Of a DNA stretch of 64,000 nt, positions 37,301 through 51,779 are shown piece by piece. The stretch is from Eledone cirrhosa (lineage: Eukaryota): contig OZ024743.1 in NCBI GenBank assembly GCA_964016885.1, positions 367,040,001 to 367,104,000 on the forward strand. Reading direction: 5' to 3'. Each line of letters opens with the position of its first letter. The stretch's first letter is position 1. Made by a program: the position numbers and the translations under genes. Below the pieces are notes generated by a model. The model saw nothing but the letters and a program-made list of their open reading frames with translations. It did no database searches and was not told the origin of the DNA.

Positions 37301-39949
37301 CAAAGAGCAAAAAATGAGGCATGTGAGAATACTGTGAGAAACTCATCCATTGTTTTAGAGAGCTTCAGTGGAAATTATTAAAGGGTCTGTCTGAAATATT
37401 AAACATTTATTCTCATATTTTGCTTTTTACTGATCTGATTTATACTAATACTCTTTGCTTCTTTAAATTCTGCTGATTATTCTGCATTTACATTATTATT
37501 ATTATCATTATTTTTATTGGAATATTGATGTTGAGTTTGGTATATGTATCTGTATGATTGCTGTTTGGTCTGTGAAACAATTTTTGTTATGACAAATGTA
37601 GTAACATATTGACTGTTTTAAAATGAAAATACTATTCTGTTGGTTGTTACTCTTGCATCATTTATTCCAAAGTTGCAAATCAATTATTCAATGTAATTTT
37701 TATTATTTAAAAATAACACTACAATGACTGATATTAGTTTTTATTTCTTTCTTTTAGGGGTGGGGGGTGGGCTCTATATTTTGTGTATATGTAAAAAACT
37801 AATAAAATAGTATCTGTTAGGAAATATTTCATAAAAAAATATAAACATATATGTTATTTATATTTTTTTATGAAATGTTTCCTACTTCACTCATAATCAA
37901 ATAATAGATCTTGTTTAAAATGTGGGTTGGCACCCATCATGTATATATGCATGAAGTATGTGTGTGTTGTGTGTGAATGTGAAACTATGTGTAGGCATAT
38001 TCACAATGGAATATCTTATTTTGTAATGCATGCATAGGATTTAAGATTCAGTTAAGTGATTAACTCAGCAAAACACATTGTAATGTGATAAACGGTACAT
38101 ATATAAAACTTTTGCTTCATTTCAGATTTGTACATATAAAGAGTATTTTTAGATTTTACGTCAAGATTTTGCTTCCAGCCATCTATTGATCTGTGTTTTG
38201 TTATCTAGTTGCTGGACAGCAGCCATATGGCTTATTATTGAGCCAACTCCTAACTCTTAAATGTCTTCTTATTCATAATGATGTTTTCCCCAACACCAGT
38301 ACTGACTCCATTACAGACACATTATTACATGAGAAAAATTAATACATGCAAATAGATGTCTGTCCCCTTATAAATATTTTGTTACTCCAACAGGCGAATA
38401 TATTATCATATTTTACATATTTATATTTTATTATTTATATCATTTTTATTTATTATTTATTTTTTTCAGTTTTCAGTTCTGTTTAAAGAGATTGGAGAGG
38501 TCACAGACCAATTCATAACAACACATAAACTTAAAAATTTCTACAGTCATGTATGGAGCCAACTTGTGAATCACAAATAAAGAGGTTGCTAACTCATGCA
38601 GTTTAGCAGTTTGTTCCTGTATTTTATTGAAATATCATTCATGCTTATATTGTATTTATCCCATGATTAGTCAGATTGAGCTGTGAATGTTGTTCATCTT
38701 TCAAGTTAGCTTTGATCCAATAGAATTATCGTCAAAGATGTTTCAGCTGAGAACAGCCATGTGTTTTTTTTCTTACAGAGTGTACATAGAACTACATTAT
38801 CCAGTGTATGATTCCAGTTTTAAGAGAGTAAAATGATATTCATGAGCGATTTGGATATAGGTTTTATGCAAATAATATTACATATCAGATGATCCTAAGA
38901 ACTAGGTGAGGGCTTCTATGAAAAGAAAGCACAGAATCTTTCATTGTTGTTGCTTTTTGGATCATGAGTTAGTAGAGTGATGGATTAAACATATTTTGCA
39001 GTATTTAGTTGTCTTTTTGTTTCAAGCTCAAGTACCTCTACAGTTCAACTTTGCCTTTCATCCTTCCATGTTTGATAAAGTATGTACTAGTCATGTACTG
39101 GGACTGACTTAATTCACTTTGCCTCCTCTCAAATTTATGGCCTAGTAACAATGTTAAAAATATTTTTATTATTATTAGGGTAGTGAATTGATAGAATCCA
39201 TCGAGCAATGGATTTAATACCTTGCAGTATTTTCTTACATCCTCCTATGCTTTGAGTTCAAATTCTTTCAAGCTCAATAAAATAAGTATTAGTTAATTAT
39301 TGGGGTTTGTTTTGTTTATCTTTTTACTTTTTCTCAAATTTGAGTTCTTATAATATTTTTTGTCACTTAGTCAAGAAGGATGGTAGTGCCCATAAGTCTT
39401 TTTAAGGTCTCCAAGTTTGGTGGAAGGGAAGGAAGAATTTATCCTCAGCTTGGAATCCTACTTACATCAGTGTGGATTCTGCTAAAAGCAGCCAAGGGTC
39501 ACATAGTAATGTTAAACCAGGTAACCGATTAAGTATACCACCTCAGTGAGCCATGGTAAGATTTCAATTCCGAATGTAAATTTCTGGAACAAATATTACA
39601 AGATAAAAAACAAAATTAGAATTTCGTTTTTTGCTCTAACATAGCGGATATGTAAATGCATTCACGAGTTTTATATCAAATAATAATAATAATCAATTCG
39701 TTTGCAAACAAACAGCCTCAGAGAGAAACAATCGAAAATAATATTGTTTTTGGTTTATTGCCGTTTGTCAAGACTGTGCATATCTCTTCAGTCACTCACT
39801 AGGACTCTTGAGAATATATAATTGTTTCTACTTTAGGCACAAGGCCAGCAATTACCCAGTGCATTACTGGTACTTTATTTTATCGACCCCGTAAGGATGA
39901 AAGGCAAAGTCAATTTATAATATATAATATTCTCTAAAGTATACATTGG

Positions 39950-40887
39950 CTACAAGTAGCAAGTGCCCACAGGATACTAACTTCTTCAACTGCCCATATG
40001 GTTCTATAGAAATAGTAGACACCTGGGTGACAAAATCAGAATTGGAGGAGGGTGTTCTGAAAGTACAGTAGCCAGAGTAAGAATGGGATGAAAAAAGTTC
40101 AGAGAGCTAATACAAGGTTTCTCCCACAAAAGGTTTCTCCCTAATAATGAAAGGCAGATTGTATGATGCTTGTATATGAACAGTGAGACCTGGGCATTGT
40201 GTGCAGAGGATCTGCGCAGATTGGAAAGAAAGGAAGCATGCATGCTCTGATGGATTTATAATAGTAATATATATGAATGGGAAAGCGTAAATGAACTAAG
40301 TACGAAACTAACCATAAGGGAGATCAGATGCAGTAAACTAGAGAGGAGATTGCATTGGTATGGTCATGAAGGACAACAGCTGTATAAAAAAGTGCAGGAC
40401 GATCAAAATTGATAGAAGCTGTGGAGTTTTCTACTCCTGGAACGAGGTGATAAAAGCTGACTTTGCACACTTGCACCTCTCGAAGAAAATGACACAGGAT
40501 CGAGATCTTTGGCATTATACAGTAATATAGAAGACCTGCCTTCCCTTGCGCATGGAATTAAACATACACTAATCCAATATACACCCCCATACATCTCCGT
40601 CCCACCTCCACCCACACCACCCTTACTCTGTAAATTAATGTTGGTATCACAAAACATCCAGCACACACTGTAAAGTGGTTGTGTAGGAGACACAAAAAAA
40701 AGCACCCAGTACACACTGTTATTGTGGTTGGCATTAGGAAGGGCATCCAGCTGTAGAAAACCAGCCAGAAACAGTCCTATATGAGCGAGACACGGTCACC
40801 CGACCCAACTTGCCTCTAATGGGACAAATCCGTCTAACCCATGCTAGCGTGGAAAATAGAGGTTAAACGATGATGATGATGATGATA
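39950..40887 (+). mobile_element. RTE LINE 3' part, decayed
   Basis: Homologous to 47600-48613; (GAT)n tail. Confidence 0.88.
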
Positions 40888-41434
40888 TCTTTTCTGATGC
40901 CTTGATGACCATGCCTGTATACCATTCTCCTAGACTGGTACCTTATTTATTGACCCTGAAGGCTGAAAGGCGAAATTTATCTCAGTTCTATTTGAACTCT
41001 GAATGCAAGTAGTCAGAATATATACTGCAAGGCATGTCATTGGACACTATGTATGTTATAAATTATCTCTTCCATAACTAGTCAGATTAACAGCCAGAAA
41101 TAACGAGACCAAAATACAATACACATATTCACTGTTAGATGTCTATTATATGTCTGTTGAAACCTGATGTTACCTATTGCTGATAACTATGAGGATAATC
41201 CTCATGTTTAACTAGTTAGTTTAACAACCAAGAAACGTCTACACAGTTGCATGATCTGTTAAAAATAACAGCCACATCTCCCCCAAGTTATACAACACTT
41301 CAAAAAGGGAAGTAAGCATTATATAATGTATCCTAGATACACCCCGTCTGAAACATTGGATGGTCTCAGCTGGAATATTCTGTCAGGTTGATAAACTGGT
41401 GTTAACCTACAACCATTATATTTTTTATGGCAGC

Positions 41435-41588
41435 CATGCTTTGCAGCACAGTTACGTCCCTTTACGGACTGAGTTCAAGACCCGCCGAGGTTAACTTTGC
41501 CTTTCATCCTTAACGGGTCGATAAAATAAAGTACCAGTAATACACTGGAATAATTGCTGGCCTTGTGCCAAAAGTAGAAACAATTATA
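41435..41588 (+). mobile_element. SINE A, 5'-truncated
   Basis: B-box, body and tail as at 11310. Confidence 0.8.
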
Positions 41589-41899
41589 TATCATTTTATA
41601 TAATTTTGGTCTATGCCGGTATGGGGGAAGGTGGATGGTTCATGTAAATTGTTGGAGTAAGTTTTTACTATAGTTGGATGTATTTTTTACTGTTATCAAC
41701 TGAATTGTGAATTAAGAGTGAAATCTGCTGACAATTTGACAGACTGTGGCAAATCAGTTGTGTGCTTTGCCCGGGGATATTAGAAAATTGATGGAAACTT
41801 CAAAGTGCATTATCAGATCCATGTTAAGTGGAAGTGGATGAAAAATATCTAGTAGGAAGCCCCTATTGTAGATAAATCCGCTTGAGGTTTAAAAGGATA

Positions 41900-42900
41900 A
41901 AGGTTATATAGTTCAAGTTATGAAGGTTATAGAAAGAGTGGTAACAAAACTAATTAGGGACAGAATTAATCTTAATGAGATGCAGTTTAGCTTAATGCTG
42001 AGGAGAAGCACGATCGATACTATCTTCCTAGTCAGAAGTACTTAGCTCAGAATAAACCCTTATACTTTGCATTTGTTGACCTGGAAAAGGCTTTGGCAGA
42101 ATCCCATACTCTCTAATTTGATGAGAAGACTACAGGCAGTAAGGTGAGGATTAACAATGATGAATTTACTATGGGGGTAGGGGTCCATGAAGGCTCAGTT
42201 CTCAGTCATCCAGGTCATAACAGAAGAATTCAAGACTGGTTGTCCATGGAAACTCCTACGCACTGTTGATCTAGCACTCATTGTAGAAACAGTAAAAGAA
42301 TTAGAGAAATTCCAGACATGGAAACAAAATCTGGAATTAAAGGGCCTCAAATTAAACCTGGTAAAGACTTAAATTTTAGTAAATAGGGAAGAGGATAAGA
42401 CTCTGTTACCATCAGGGAAATGGTCATACTCAATGTGTAGCAAAGTATTAGGTAGAATTCTTTGTCATGTACTCAGTGTGGGTAGTACAAGAGATGTAAT
42501 GGGATCACAAATAGGATAACTGGGAATATATGCTTTATAAGGATCAGGTGACAAGAGTAGTCAACAGTAAAGATGCCTGTGAACTAAACTCTCTGAATGC
42601 ATGTACATGAAAGGCAGAACACAAGTAAACCGAGAGAAAAGCCTAGAACAAGAGGAATTGAATGTAACATGCACAGTAGATGATTGCACTTGTATGGTCA
42701 TGTGATGTGCAAGGAAACCAAGAATTGTATAAAAAGTACCAAGTGCTTAAAGTGGATTGAATCTGTGAAAGGGTGAGATAAAGGAAGATATCAACAAAGT
42801 TGTGAATAACGACCTCAAGAAATTGAACCTTGTGAAGGAAATGACACAGGACATATATGTCTGACAATATAAACAAATACAAAAGACCCATCCACCAAGC
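41900..42900 (+). mobile_element. Old RTE LINE
   Basis: LAFVDLEKA and ITEEFKTGCPW motifs in broken frames. Confidence 0.8.
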
Positions 42901-43339
42901 ACAATCCCCGAAGAGCTAAAAGTAAATATGGTGAGAAACCAGGGACTACATGAAGTGGAGAAGTCCCTTTAGACTAGTGGATGGGTGGCAGTGATACAAT
43001 GGAATGTACTGAAGACCCACGTACCCCATAAAATAGTAAGTGAACAGACTGAGACAAGATAGAAGGGAGAGAGAACCTGCTGGTTCTCTCTTCCTTCTAT
43101 CTTGTCTCCTTCATGGTGCCATGATGGAGTGTACTGCGTACACTCTGTAAAATGCTTGACAATGAAACAAAACCAATACAGGATTAAGAGGACATTCCAG
43201 GAACGGTATACAGCAGTATAAACCATTCCAAATATGGAGCATATGAGCAAGATAAGGTTTCTCTGACTCATCTAGTCTTGAAGCATGACAACCCATCCAA
43301 ACAAGGCTGACATAGAATGGTGACGATGATGGGGTAAAA

Positions 43340-44213
43340 TTAGTAAAATTTTGTTGCCAAAGTTGGTTGACAAAGTTTGCAAATTTCTGGATGAGGACTG
43401 TTGTGCATCTCTTCTGACGATTGTTAAACAACTTGAAGTGGCTGAGGACACTGTACCCAGAGTCATTCATGATGATCTGAACATGTGCAAAGTTTGTTCC
43501 CAGGGTGCTCAATAAAGATCACACACAGAGGGTGATGGGAAAATGGATTGCTTCAAATCCAAGTGTTCTTGAGTCTGGTAACCTGTGATGAGAGCTGGGT
43601 CTACTCTTATGATCCAGAGAGTGCCCAGTGGAAACATTCTTACTCCCCAAGACCCAAGGAGGCCAGTCAAAGCAGGTCCACTGGGAAGCTCATGATGATC
43701 CCATTCTTTGACAGCAAAGGCATCATCTACATCCACTGGGCTCCTGACAGCCAGACAGTCAACAACGAGGTTTTGAGGCAGTTCAGAAAGAGATTTTGTT
43801 GCAAGAGACCAGAACACTTCTAGTCTGATCTGTGGCACCCTCACAAGGGCAATGCCCCCCACCAACAAATCCATCCTGGTGACGAACTACATGATATGGG
43901 GATCAGGACTGTCCCTCATCCTCCCTACAGTTCAGACTTACCCCATGTGACTTCTGGATGTTCTCGAAGCAGAAGGAGAAGCTCAGGGGTATCCACTTTG
44001 AGGATGTGGAGGAGATGAAGGAGGCTGTGACAAGTGCCCTGGACACCTTCATTTTGGCAGACTACAAGGGGGCCTTTCAGAAGTGGCTGGAGCGCTACAA
44101 GTGCATTGAAGTTGGAGGATCCTACTTTGAGGGAGACAAAAGTTTTGTGTTGATCTGAGTTAAATAAATGTCTCTCTGATAAAAGTCTAAAAACTTGTTG
44201 AATATTCCTTGTG
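43340..44213 (+). mobile_element. mariner transposase pseudogene with 3' TIR
   Basis: VTCDESWVYSYDPE, FFDSKGII, HPPYSSDLPPCDFW and GSYFEGD motifs (ORFs 43548-43823, 43958-44158). Confidence 0.9.
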
Positions 44214-44232
44214 TTGTGTATATATATATATA

Positions 44233-44966
44233 TAAGCAAAATACTTGTCTTTCCTTTTATCCGTAGTCGACTCAATAAGCAGAATTTTAAACTTCTATTT
44301 ATGCCAGTCTAGAATTCAAATTCTCCGTTTTTCTCTCGGATTTTCAATTAATATTTTACATGTTTTAATAATATGTCTCATTCTGTTGGACCCTTCCTAA
44401 AAACTAATCTTCTCCTAAAGTTACCCATAAAGTTGACTCAATAAGCAGTGTTTTAAACTTCTATATATGCCAGTCTAGAATTCAAATTCTCCGTTTTTAT
44501 CTCGGATTTTCAATTAATATTTTACATGTTTTTAATAATATGTCTCATTCTGTTGGACCCTTCCTAAAAACTAACCTTCTAGTATTATTATTAATTAATT
44601 ATTTTAGAACCTTCCTGCATCTTGCTCGCTAACTTTGTAAACACTTTGCTCCTTCTCTCATACCTCCATCTGATCGCAAGTATAAAATAAACCTTGCTGG
44701 GTTCCCAAGGCCAGAATTTATCTATCTATCTAATCTATCTTATGGATGATCTGTCGATTTTGAGAATGTAAGCAAAATACTTGTCTTTCCTTTTACCCGT
44801 AGTTGACTCAATAAGGAGAGTTTTAGACTTCTATTTATGCCAGTCTAGAATTCAAATTCTCCATTTTTCTCTCGGATTTTCAATTAATATTTTATATGTT
44901 TTTAATAATATGTCTCATTCTGTTGGACCCTTCCTAAAAACTAATCTTCTCCTAAAGTTACCCATT
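44233..44966. repeat. Partial-tandem element after (TA)n: direct repeats 44233-44428, 44430-44580, 44769-44966
   Basis: Three near-identical blocks visible; unique spacer at 44581-44768. Confidence 0.85.
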
Positions 44967-45229
44967 TCCCGCCCCCCACACACCACCATTGCTATATGGT
45001 CCAATCATAACTCAGCGGCTTATAGTAAGTTCTCTAACAAATCAGTATAGCAAAGCTACCACCTCGGTTACTATTCCTTACATTTAGACCTGTTTGATGG
45101 GTTGACTGCGGAGATTTGGAAAGTTTAAGCACTCAATGACAATGTCACAGATAAAGATAAATTCACCTCCCGCTGCAGGACGAGAATACAAGGACCCCTA
45201 TTTATTTCAGACACAGATGACCAACATAA

Positions 45230-48200
45230 TTCCGTCTCCCACACCCCTTCCTGCCCCTCCAACCCATCCATCCCACCCTCCCAACTTCAGAGTTAGTACC
45301 ATGAACGTAGGCACATTGAAAGGTTGCTCAACTGAGGTTGTAGAGATGCTTGAACGTAAAGAAGTTGATGTTTGTTGTATTCAAAAGACTAGGTGGAGAG
45401 GGGTGGGGGTCTGTTAGATTCATCGTGGGTAAAAAACGATGCTATAAACTTTTCTGGGTGGGAAATGACAATGGACTGGGTGGTGTAGGAATTATGTTAG
45501 CTGAAAAATGGGTAGATAAGGTAATTGACGTAAATAGAGTAAATGACAAAATAATTAATATAAGATTAGTTCTAAATAGAACTACTGTGACAATAATATC
45601 CGCTTATGCACCCCAATCTGGTCTACCTGACGTTATAAAGGACAGGTTCTATGAAATGCTAATGCACACTACCTCCCAAATAACCGACAGCGACTACTTA
45701 ATTATTGCTGGCGATCTAAATGGTCACGTTTGACAACATAGTGATGGCTATGATGGAATCCATGGAGGCTATGGGGTTGGAAATAGAAATGAGGAGGGCT
45801 TCAGAATCCTGGAATTCTGTCACGCTAATAACCTAACTATCTGTAACACCAACTTCAAAAAATGAGAAAACCACTTGATCACCTATAGATCAGGGGAACA
45901 TGCCAGCCAGATAGATTATATCCTTACAAAGTGTCTGTTGTAAACACTAAATCCCTCCCCCGTGAAGAATGCACCTCTCAACATAGCCTTGTAGTTAGTG
46001 ACCTCATAGTTAGGAATAGACGTACTTGAGAAGAAGAATATAGAAGTTGAAGGATCCCATAGCCACTGACAAATTTAAAAGCTTATTACTTGATGCCTTT
46101 GACAATAAGGAAGAGCAATTAGAGACATGCAATATAGAGGAACAATGGCAATTCTTGAAAGTGAACCTGCTGAAATCTGTGGCTGGAGCAGACCTATTGG
46201 CAGGAGGAGAGTAACTTGGTAGTGGAACAGTAAGGTGGAGGAGACAATCAAGGCCAAAAAGCAGGCTTGGAAAGTATGGCAGCATGTGGGAAGTAGAGAG
46301 CACTATCAAGTGGCCAGAAGAGAAGCTAGGAGACAAGTGTACCTTGCAAAAAGGGAAGCAGAGGAGAGAAAGTTCAAGTATGTTCTACATGAGGACCAAA
46401 AACGTGAGGTGTTCAGGATTGCTAGACAATGTGTCAAGGAAAACCGTGATATTGTCGGGGAGAAGTGTGTCCGTAATGGTACTTGCCCTCACTGATAAGA
46501 AGATAACCTGGAAGTGTCACTACGAGAGACTATTAAATGAGGAGAATAAATGGGAAAAAAATAGTCTGCCCCAAATCGATCGAATAGAAGGACCAGCGGT
46601 GCAAGTTAAAGGTAGTATAATAAGTAAGGCAATCAAAGATATGAAGACAGACAAGGCAGCTGGGCCTTCGGAGATAGTTGCTGAGATGTTGAAGGCATCT
46701 GCAATGGTGGGACATACTATGGTCACCCGTATAGTAACCAAGTAATACAGAATGGAGTCATACCAAAAGACTGGTGTAGCAGCATCATCATTAACTGCTA
46801 CAAGGGTAAAGGGGATGCTCTAGATAGGGGAAACTATAGAGGCATCAAGTTAGTTGACCAGGTCATGAAGGTCACAGAAAGAGTTATAGCGCAACTAATC
46901 AGAGAGCAAATTGATCTAGATGGGTTTGTGTCAGGTAAAAGTACCACAGATGCTCTTTTCCTTGTACGACAACTACAGGAGAAGTACCTAGCCAAAGTAA
47001 ACCTCTCTAATTAGCTTTTGTAGACCTGGAGAAAGCCTTTGACAGAGTCCCCTGCTCCATTATCTGGTGGGCTCTTAGAAAACTAGGTGTAGATAAATGG
47101 CTTGTGAGAGCTATACAAGCTATGTATAAAGAAACAGTCAGTAAGGTTAGAATTAACAATGAATATTGTGAAGAATTTAGTGTAAAAGTTGGTGTTCATC
47201 AAGGCCCTGTCCTTAGCCCCCTCCTATTTATTATTACCCTTCAGGCTATAACAGAGGAGTTCAAGACCGGCTGCCCATAGGAACTCCTATACACAGATGA
47301 TCTAACGCTCATAGCTGAATCAATGGCTGAACTAGAGAAGAAATTCCAAACATGGAAGCATGGCCTAGAATCAAAAGGTCTTAAAGTTAACTTGTCTAAG
47401 ACTAAAGTTCTAGTTTGTAGAAAGGAAAATAGGGCACAGGTGCCCTCAGGGAAATGGCCATGCTCAGTGTGTAGGAAAGGAGTAGGCAGAAATTCCATTT
47501 TATGTCCCAAATGCAAAGTATGGGTACATAAAAGATGTAGTGGGATCACAGGTAAACTATCTAATAACATAGACTTTAAATGTGGCCGATGCTCAGGGGC
47601 AATAAGTAGCAAGTGTCCACAGGATACTAGCTCCTTCTATTGCCCAGATGGTTCTATAGAAATAGTGGACACTTTCCGTTACCTGGGTGACGAAATCAGC
47701 AGTGGTGGAGGGTGTTCTGAAAGTACAGTAGCCAGAGTCAGAACGGGATGGAAAGAGTTCAGAGAGCTTATACAGCTGTTGGCCACAAAAGGTTTCTCTC
47801 TAAAAATGAAAGGCAGACTCTATGATGCCTGTATACGAACAGCAATTCTACATGGCAGAGGACCTGCGCAGACTGGAAAGGAATGAAGCATGCATGCTCC
47901 GTTGAATGTGTAATATGTGAACGGCAAAGCATAAATGAACTAAGGGAGAAATTAGGAATAAGAGGGATCAGATGCTGCTTACTCGAGAGAAGACTACGTT
48001 GGTATGGTCACGTGATGCGCATGAAAGATGACAGCTGTATAAAAAAGTGCAGGGCGATCAAAATTGATGATAGTTACGGAGTAGGTAGACCCAGAAAAAC
48101 CTGGGGCGATCTGAAAAATTCCGACCTTACACACTTGCACCTCTCTAAGACAATGTCACTGGACCGAGATCTTTGGCGCTATGCAGTAATACAGAAGACC

Positions 48201-48613
48201 TGCCTTGCCTATGTACAAAGCGAAACCTACAATCCGTAGGCACCTCTTAACCAAACATACACCCCAATCCACTACCCCTACCCTATCCTCCCACTCCCAC
48301 CAACACCACCCTGTCTCTGTAAAGTTGGTACCACAACATCCAGTCCAAATAAATGAGATAAAGAGATCGACATCGTGTAAGTGTCACGATAAAAAACACA
48401 CAGTCCACGCTGTAATGTGGCCACGTAGGTAACATGGTAAAAAGTTCCCAGTTCCACACTGTAAATGTGGTTGGTGTTAGGAAGGGCATCCAGCCATAGA
48501 AAACCTATATGAGTGAGACACGGTCACCCGACCAACTTTGCCTCAAGTGGGACAACTCACGTCTAACCCACAGCGTGGAAGATGGACGTTAAACGAAGAT
48601 GATGATGATGATG
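45230..48613 (+). mobile_element. Near full-length RTE LINE (APE + RT + PHD-like), frameshifted
   Basis: RVSTMNVGTL, ISAYAPQ and AGDLNGHV (APE); RT fragments; 3' UTR; (GAT)n tail. Confidence 0.93.
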
Positions 48614-49125
48614 ATATACTAGAGTGTTACTATTCATATGAGAGGTAAAGTTTGAAGTATATGTTTACCACTATAGGTAACAATAGGTAAATAAATATAA
48701 ATGTATAAATGCATTAATGAAAATAAATAAATGAGTTCACTCTGCTTGTAACATTAAAAGTATAAAATAAATACATATTTGTACATACACAGTACAGGAT
48801 TAAACCAATACTATGTGTATATAAACAAATTATGTATATAGAATATAAACTTGTCAAATTTATGTATTTTTCTGCAAATTAAAAAACATTAAAATAAAGC
48901 AACAGGTTGAGAAAGGGAAAAGAAATGAAATTGAGAAAAGGAATATGTATTTTCATACTATATAGATTATTCCATTAGTTATTAGCGTTATAAATATTGA
49001 CGATAGAAAAATATTATATCTATATAATAGAAATGTAACTGTCACATTTTGAATGTTAAAATTTATGAAGATATTCATGTTTACATTTTCTTTTAGTTCA
49101 GCAGAAGACAATTACCTCTCCCTCA

Positions 49126-49176
<51 letters not shown>

Positions 49177-49378
49177 CGTGCGTGTGTGTGCTCGAATATT
49201 GTTTGTTTGGCTCTCTCTCCCTCTCTCTCTTTATTTACCTGCCACTTTGCTCCATATGTATACTCCTGCAACCCATGTTAATTCTCTCTTTATTTCTCTT
49301 TTAACCTCTCTCCCCCTCTCTCTATATGATCCAAAGAATGATATCTGACATTAACTATATATATATATATATATATAT

Positions 49379-50590
49379 GGTCCCTTCTGGGAAATGGTCG
49401 TGCTCGGTGTGTAGGAAAGGCGTAGGTAGAAACTCCATTTTATGTCCTAAATGCAAAGTATGGGTGCATAAAAGATGTAGTGGGATCACAGGTAAGCTAA
49501 CTAAGAACATAGATTTTACATGTGGCCGGTGTTCTGGTGCAATAAGTAGCAGCAAGTGCCCACAAAATACTAGCTCTTTCAATTGCGCAGCGGGTTCTAT
49601 AGAAATAGTGGACAGCTTCCGTTACCTGGGCGATAAAATCAGCAGTGGGGGAGGGTGCTCTGAAAGTACTGTAGCTAGAGTCAGAACTGGTTGGAAAAAG
49701 TTCAGAGAGCTTATACCACTATTAGCTGCTAAAGGGTTCTCCCTAAAAATGAAAGGCAGGTTGTACGATGCCTGCATACGAACAGCAATGCTGCATGGCA
49801 GTGAGACCTGGGCATTGTGTGCAGAGGATATACGCAGACTAGAGAGGAACGAAGCTTGCATGCTCCGCTGGATGTGTAACAGTAATATACGTGAACGGCA
49901 AAGCATAAACGAACTAAGGAAAAAATTAGAGATAAGAGGGATCAGATGTTGTTTACTCGAGAGAAGGCTACGTTGGTATGGACACGTGATGCGCATGAAA
50001 GTCGATAGCTGTATAACAAAGTGCAGGGCAATAAAGATAGACGGTAGTCACGGAATAGGCAGACCTAGAAAAACCTGGGACGAGCTGATAAACTCCGACA
50101 TCACACACTTACACCTCTCCAAGACAATGTCACTGGACCGAGACCTTTGGCGGTACTCAGTAACAGAGAAGACCCGCCTTACCTAAATATATAGTAAAAC
50201 CTACTCCAGCCAGTAGGCATCTCTAACAAAATACACCCCGTCCCACCACCCCCGTCCCACCACCCCCACCCCATCCACACCACCCCATTCTATGTAAAGT
50301 TATGTTGGTGCCGCGCCATCCAGGCCGAAACAAATGAGATCGTGTAGGTGTCACGACAAAAAAACACACAGTCCACGCTGTAATGTGGCCGTGTAGGCAA
50401 CACGGTAAAAACCTCCCAGACCCACACTGTAAATGTGGTTGGTGTTAGGAAGGGCATCCAACTGTAGAAAACCTGCCAGACAGTCCTATGCGAGCAAGAC
50501 AATCACTCTTGCCTCAAGTGGGACTACCCCCGTCCAAACCCATGCAAGCGTGGAACACGGACGTTAAACATTGATGATGATGATGATGAT
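49379..50590 (+). mobile_element. Young RTE 3' part
   Basis: ORF 49326-50186 open to its natural stop; starts directly after (TA)n; (GAT)n tail. Confidence 0.95.
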
Positions 50591-50628
50591 ATCATCATCA
50601 TCATTTTACGTCCACTTTTCCCTGCTTG

Positions 50629-50670
<42 letters not shown>

Positions 50671-50674
<4 letters not shown>

Positions 50675-50858
50675 AGAGTCAGGACCCCGACGGTTGAGCT
50701 CCGGCCGTTTCGACAGCTAGATCTAGCTGTCGAACGGGCAGAGCTCAGCCGTCGGGGTCCTGACTCTTTTCCTATTACCCACTCTACTACCCTAAGTATT
50801 GAGTACTCTGGTGTCTTATGGTCCACCTGGTTCCTTACCACATCTTCTTTGTTATGTA
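50671..50858. mobile_element. Hairpin element in (TA)n with hammerhead 3' half
   Basis: Palindrome 50671-50771 (apex CTAGATCTAG); the minus arm reads GTC-GAAACGG...CCGTC|GGGGTCC. Confidence 0.85.
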
Positions 50859-51001
50859 TAATATATGTGTATATATATATATATGTATATATATGAGCAA
50901 GGCATGGTCAGCCGACCAGACACTGCCCACAACAGGACAACCCGTCTAACCCATGCTAGCATGGACGAACGGACGTAAAACAGTGATGATGATGATGATG
51001 A

Positions 51002-51046
<45 letters not shown>

Positions 51047-51314
51047 TAAAACATGTCTATAGAATCACCAGATAAAATATATACCATTTTCTCTTCCAAT
51101 TAGCATAATTAACCATATAAAAAATCGAATAGACCAGGCTATAAGAATAAGGCTTCTATGAAGAAATCTCCAACAAATAACCGAAACCAGCCCTTCGCAC
51201 CGGCTGCGACGGAATATTTATCAAATATTTCACCAGCGTAATCGCCCAGATATACAGTCAATTAAACAGAATTAGGTGTAAAATAAACTAGGAGAAAAGA
51301 GAATACATTTATTT

Positions 51315-51333
51315 ACCTCGACCATGGTTTCGT
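51315..51333 (-). ncRNA. Hammerhead 3' half (palindromic stem III) truncated at (TA)n
   Basis: Minus strand: GAAACCATGGTC|GAGGT. Confidence 0.45.
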
Positions 51334-51387
51334 ATATGTATATATGTATATATATATGTAAACCTTTATATATATATATATGTAAAC

Positions 51388-51431
<44 letters not shown>

Positions 51432-51748
51432 AAAGTATGTGTTTCTGCATGTAAATAATACACATAGGGATACAAGTATAGTCCAACCGTATGCAAGTGT
51501 GGTTCAATGGCAAGTTAATAAATTAACAAGCCAGACCATATAAAATCAAGGGAAAGCAAATAAAGAAAACATTTTAAAATAAATTTCAAAAAATTCACTG
51601 TACTTACTATATGTGCCTTTACTGCGGTTTCAGATCCCAAAACAAATAGATAATCCAAGCGGGTTTCCATTGAGAAAGATCCTCCATACTTTTATTATTA
51701 TTCTTCCCCAATGGTAGAGAAACCTTTGGTCATTTGAACGGCTGCTAT

Positions 51749-51778
<30 letters not shown>

Positions 51779-51779
<1 letters not shown>

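Noticed and set aside
39371-39520. AG...GT-bounded open frame as an exon
   Set aside because: Weak acceptor and no recognisable protein; expected by chance.
50671-50771. Hairpins as pre-miRNAs or classical MITEs
   Set aside because: Asymmetric one-sided tails, variable apices, HHR motifs and TA flanks fit PLE-type fold-backs better; small-RNA production is not excluded.
51615-51700. Minus-strand GAAACCGCAGTA as a hammerhead
   Set aside because: Only a 3' half with a 2-bp stem III; the 5' core is unrecognisable.
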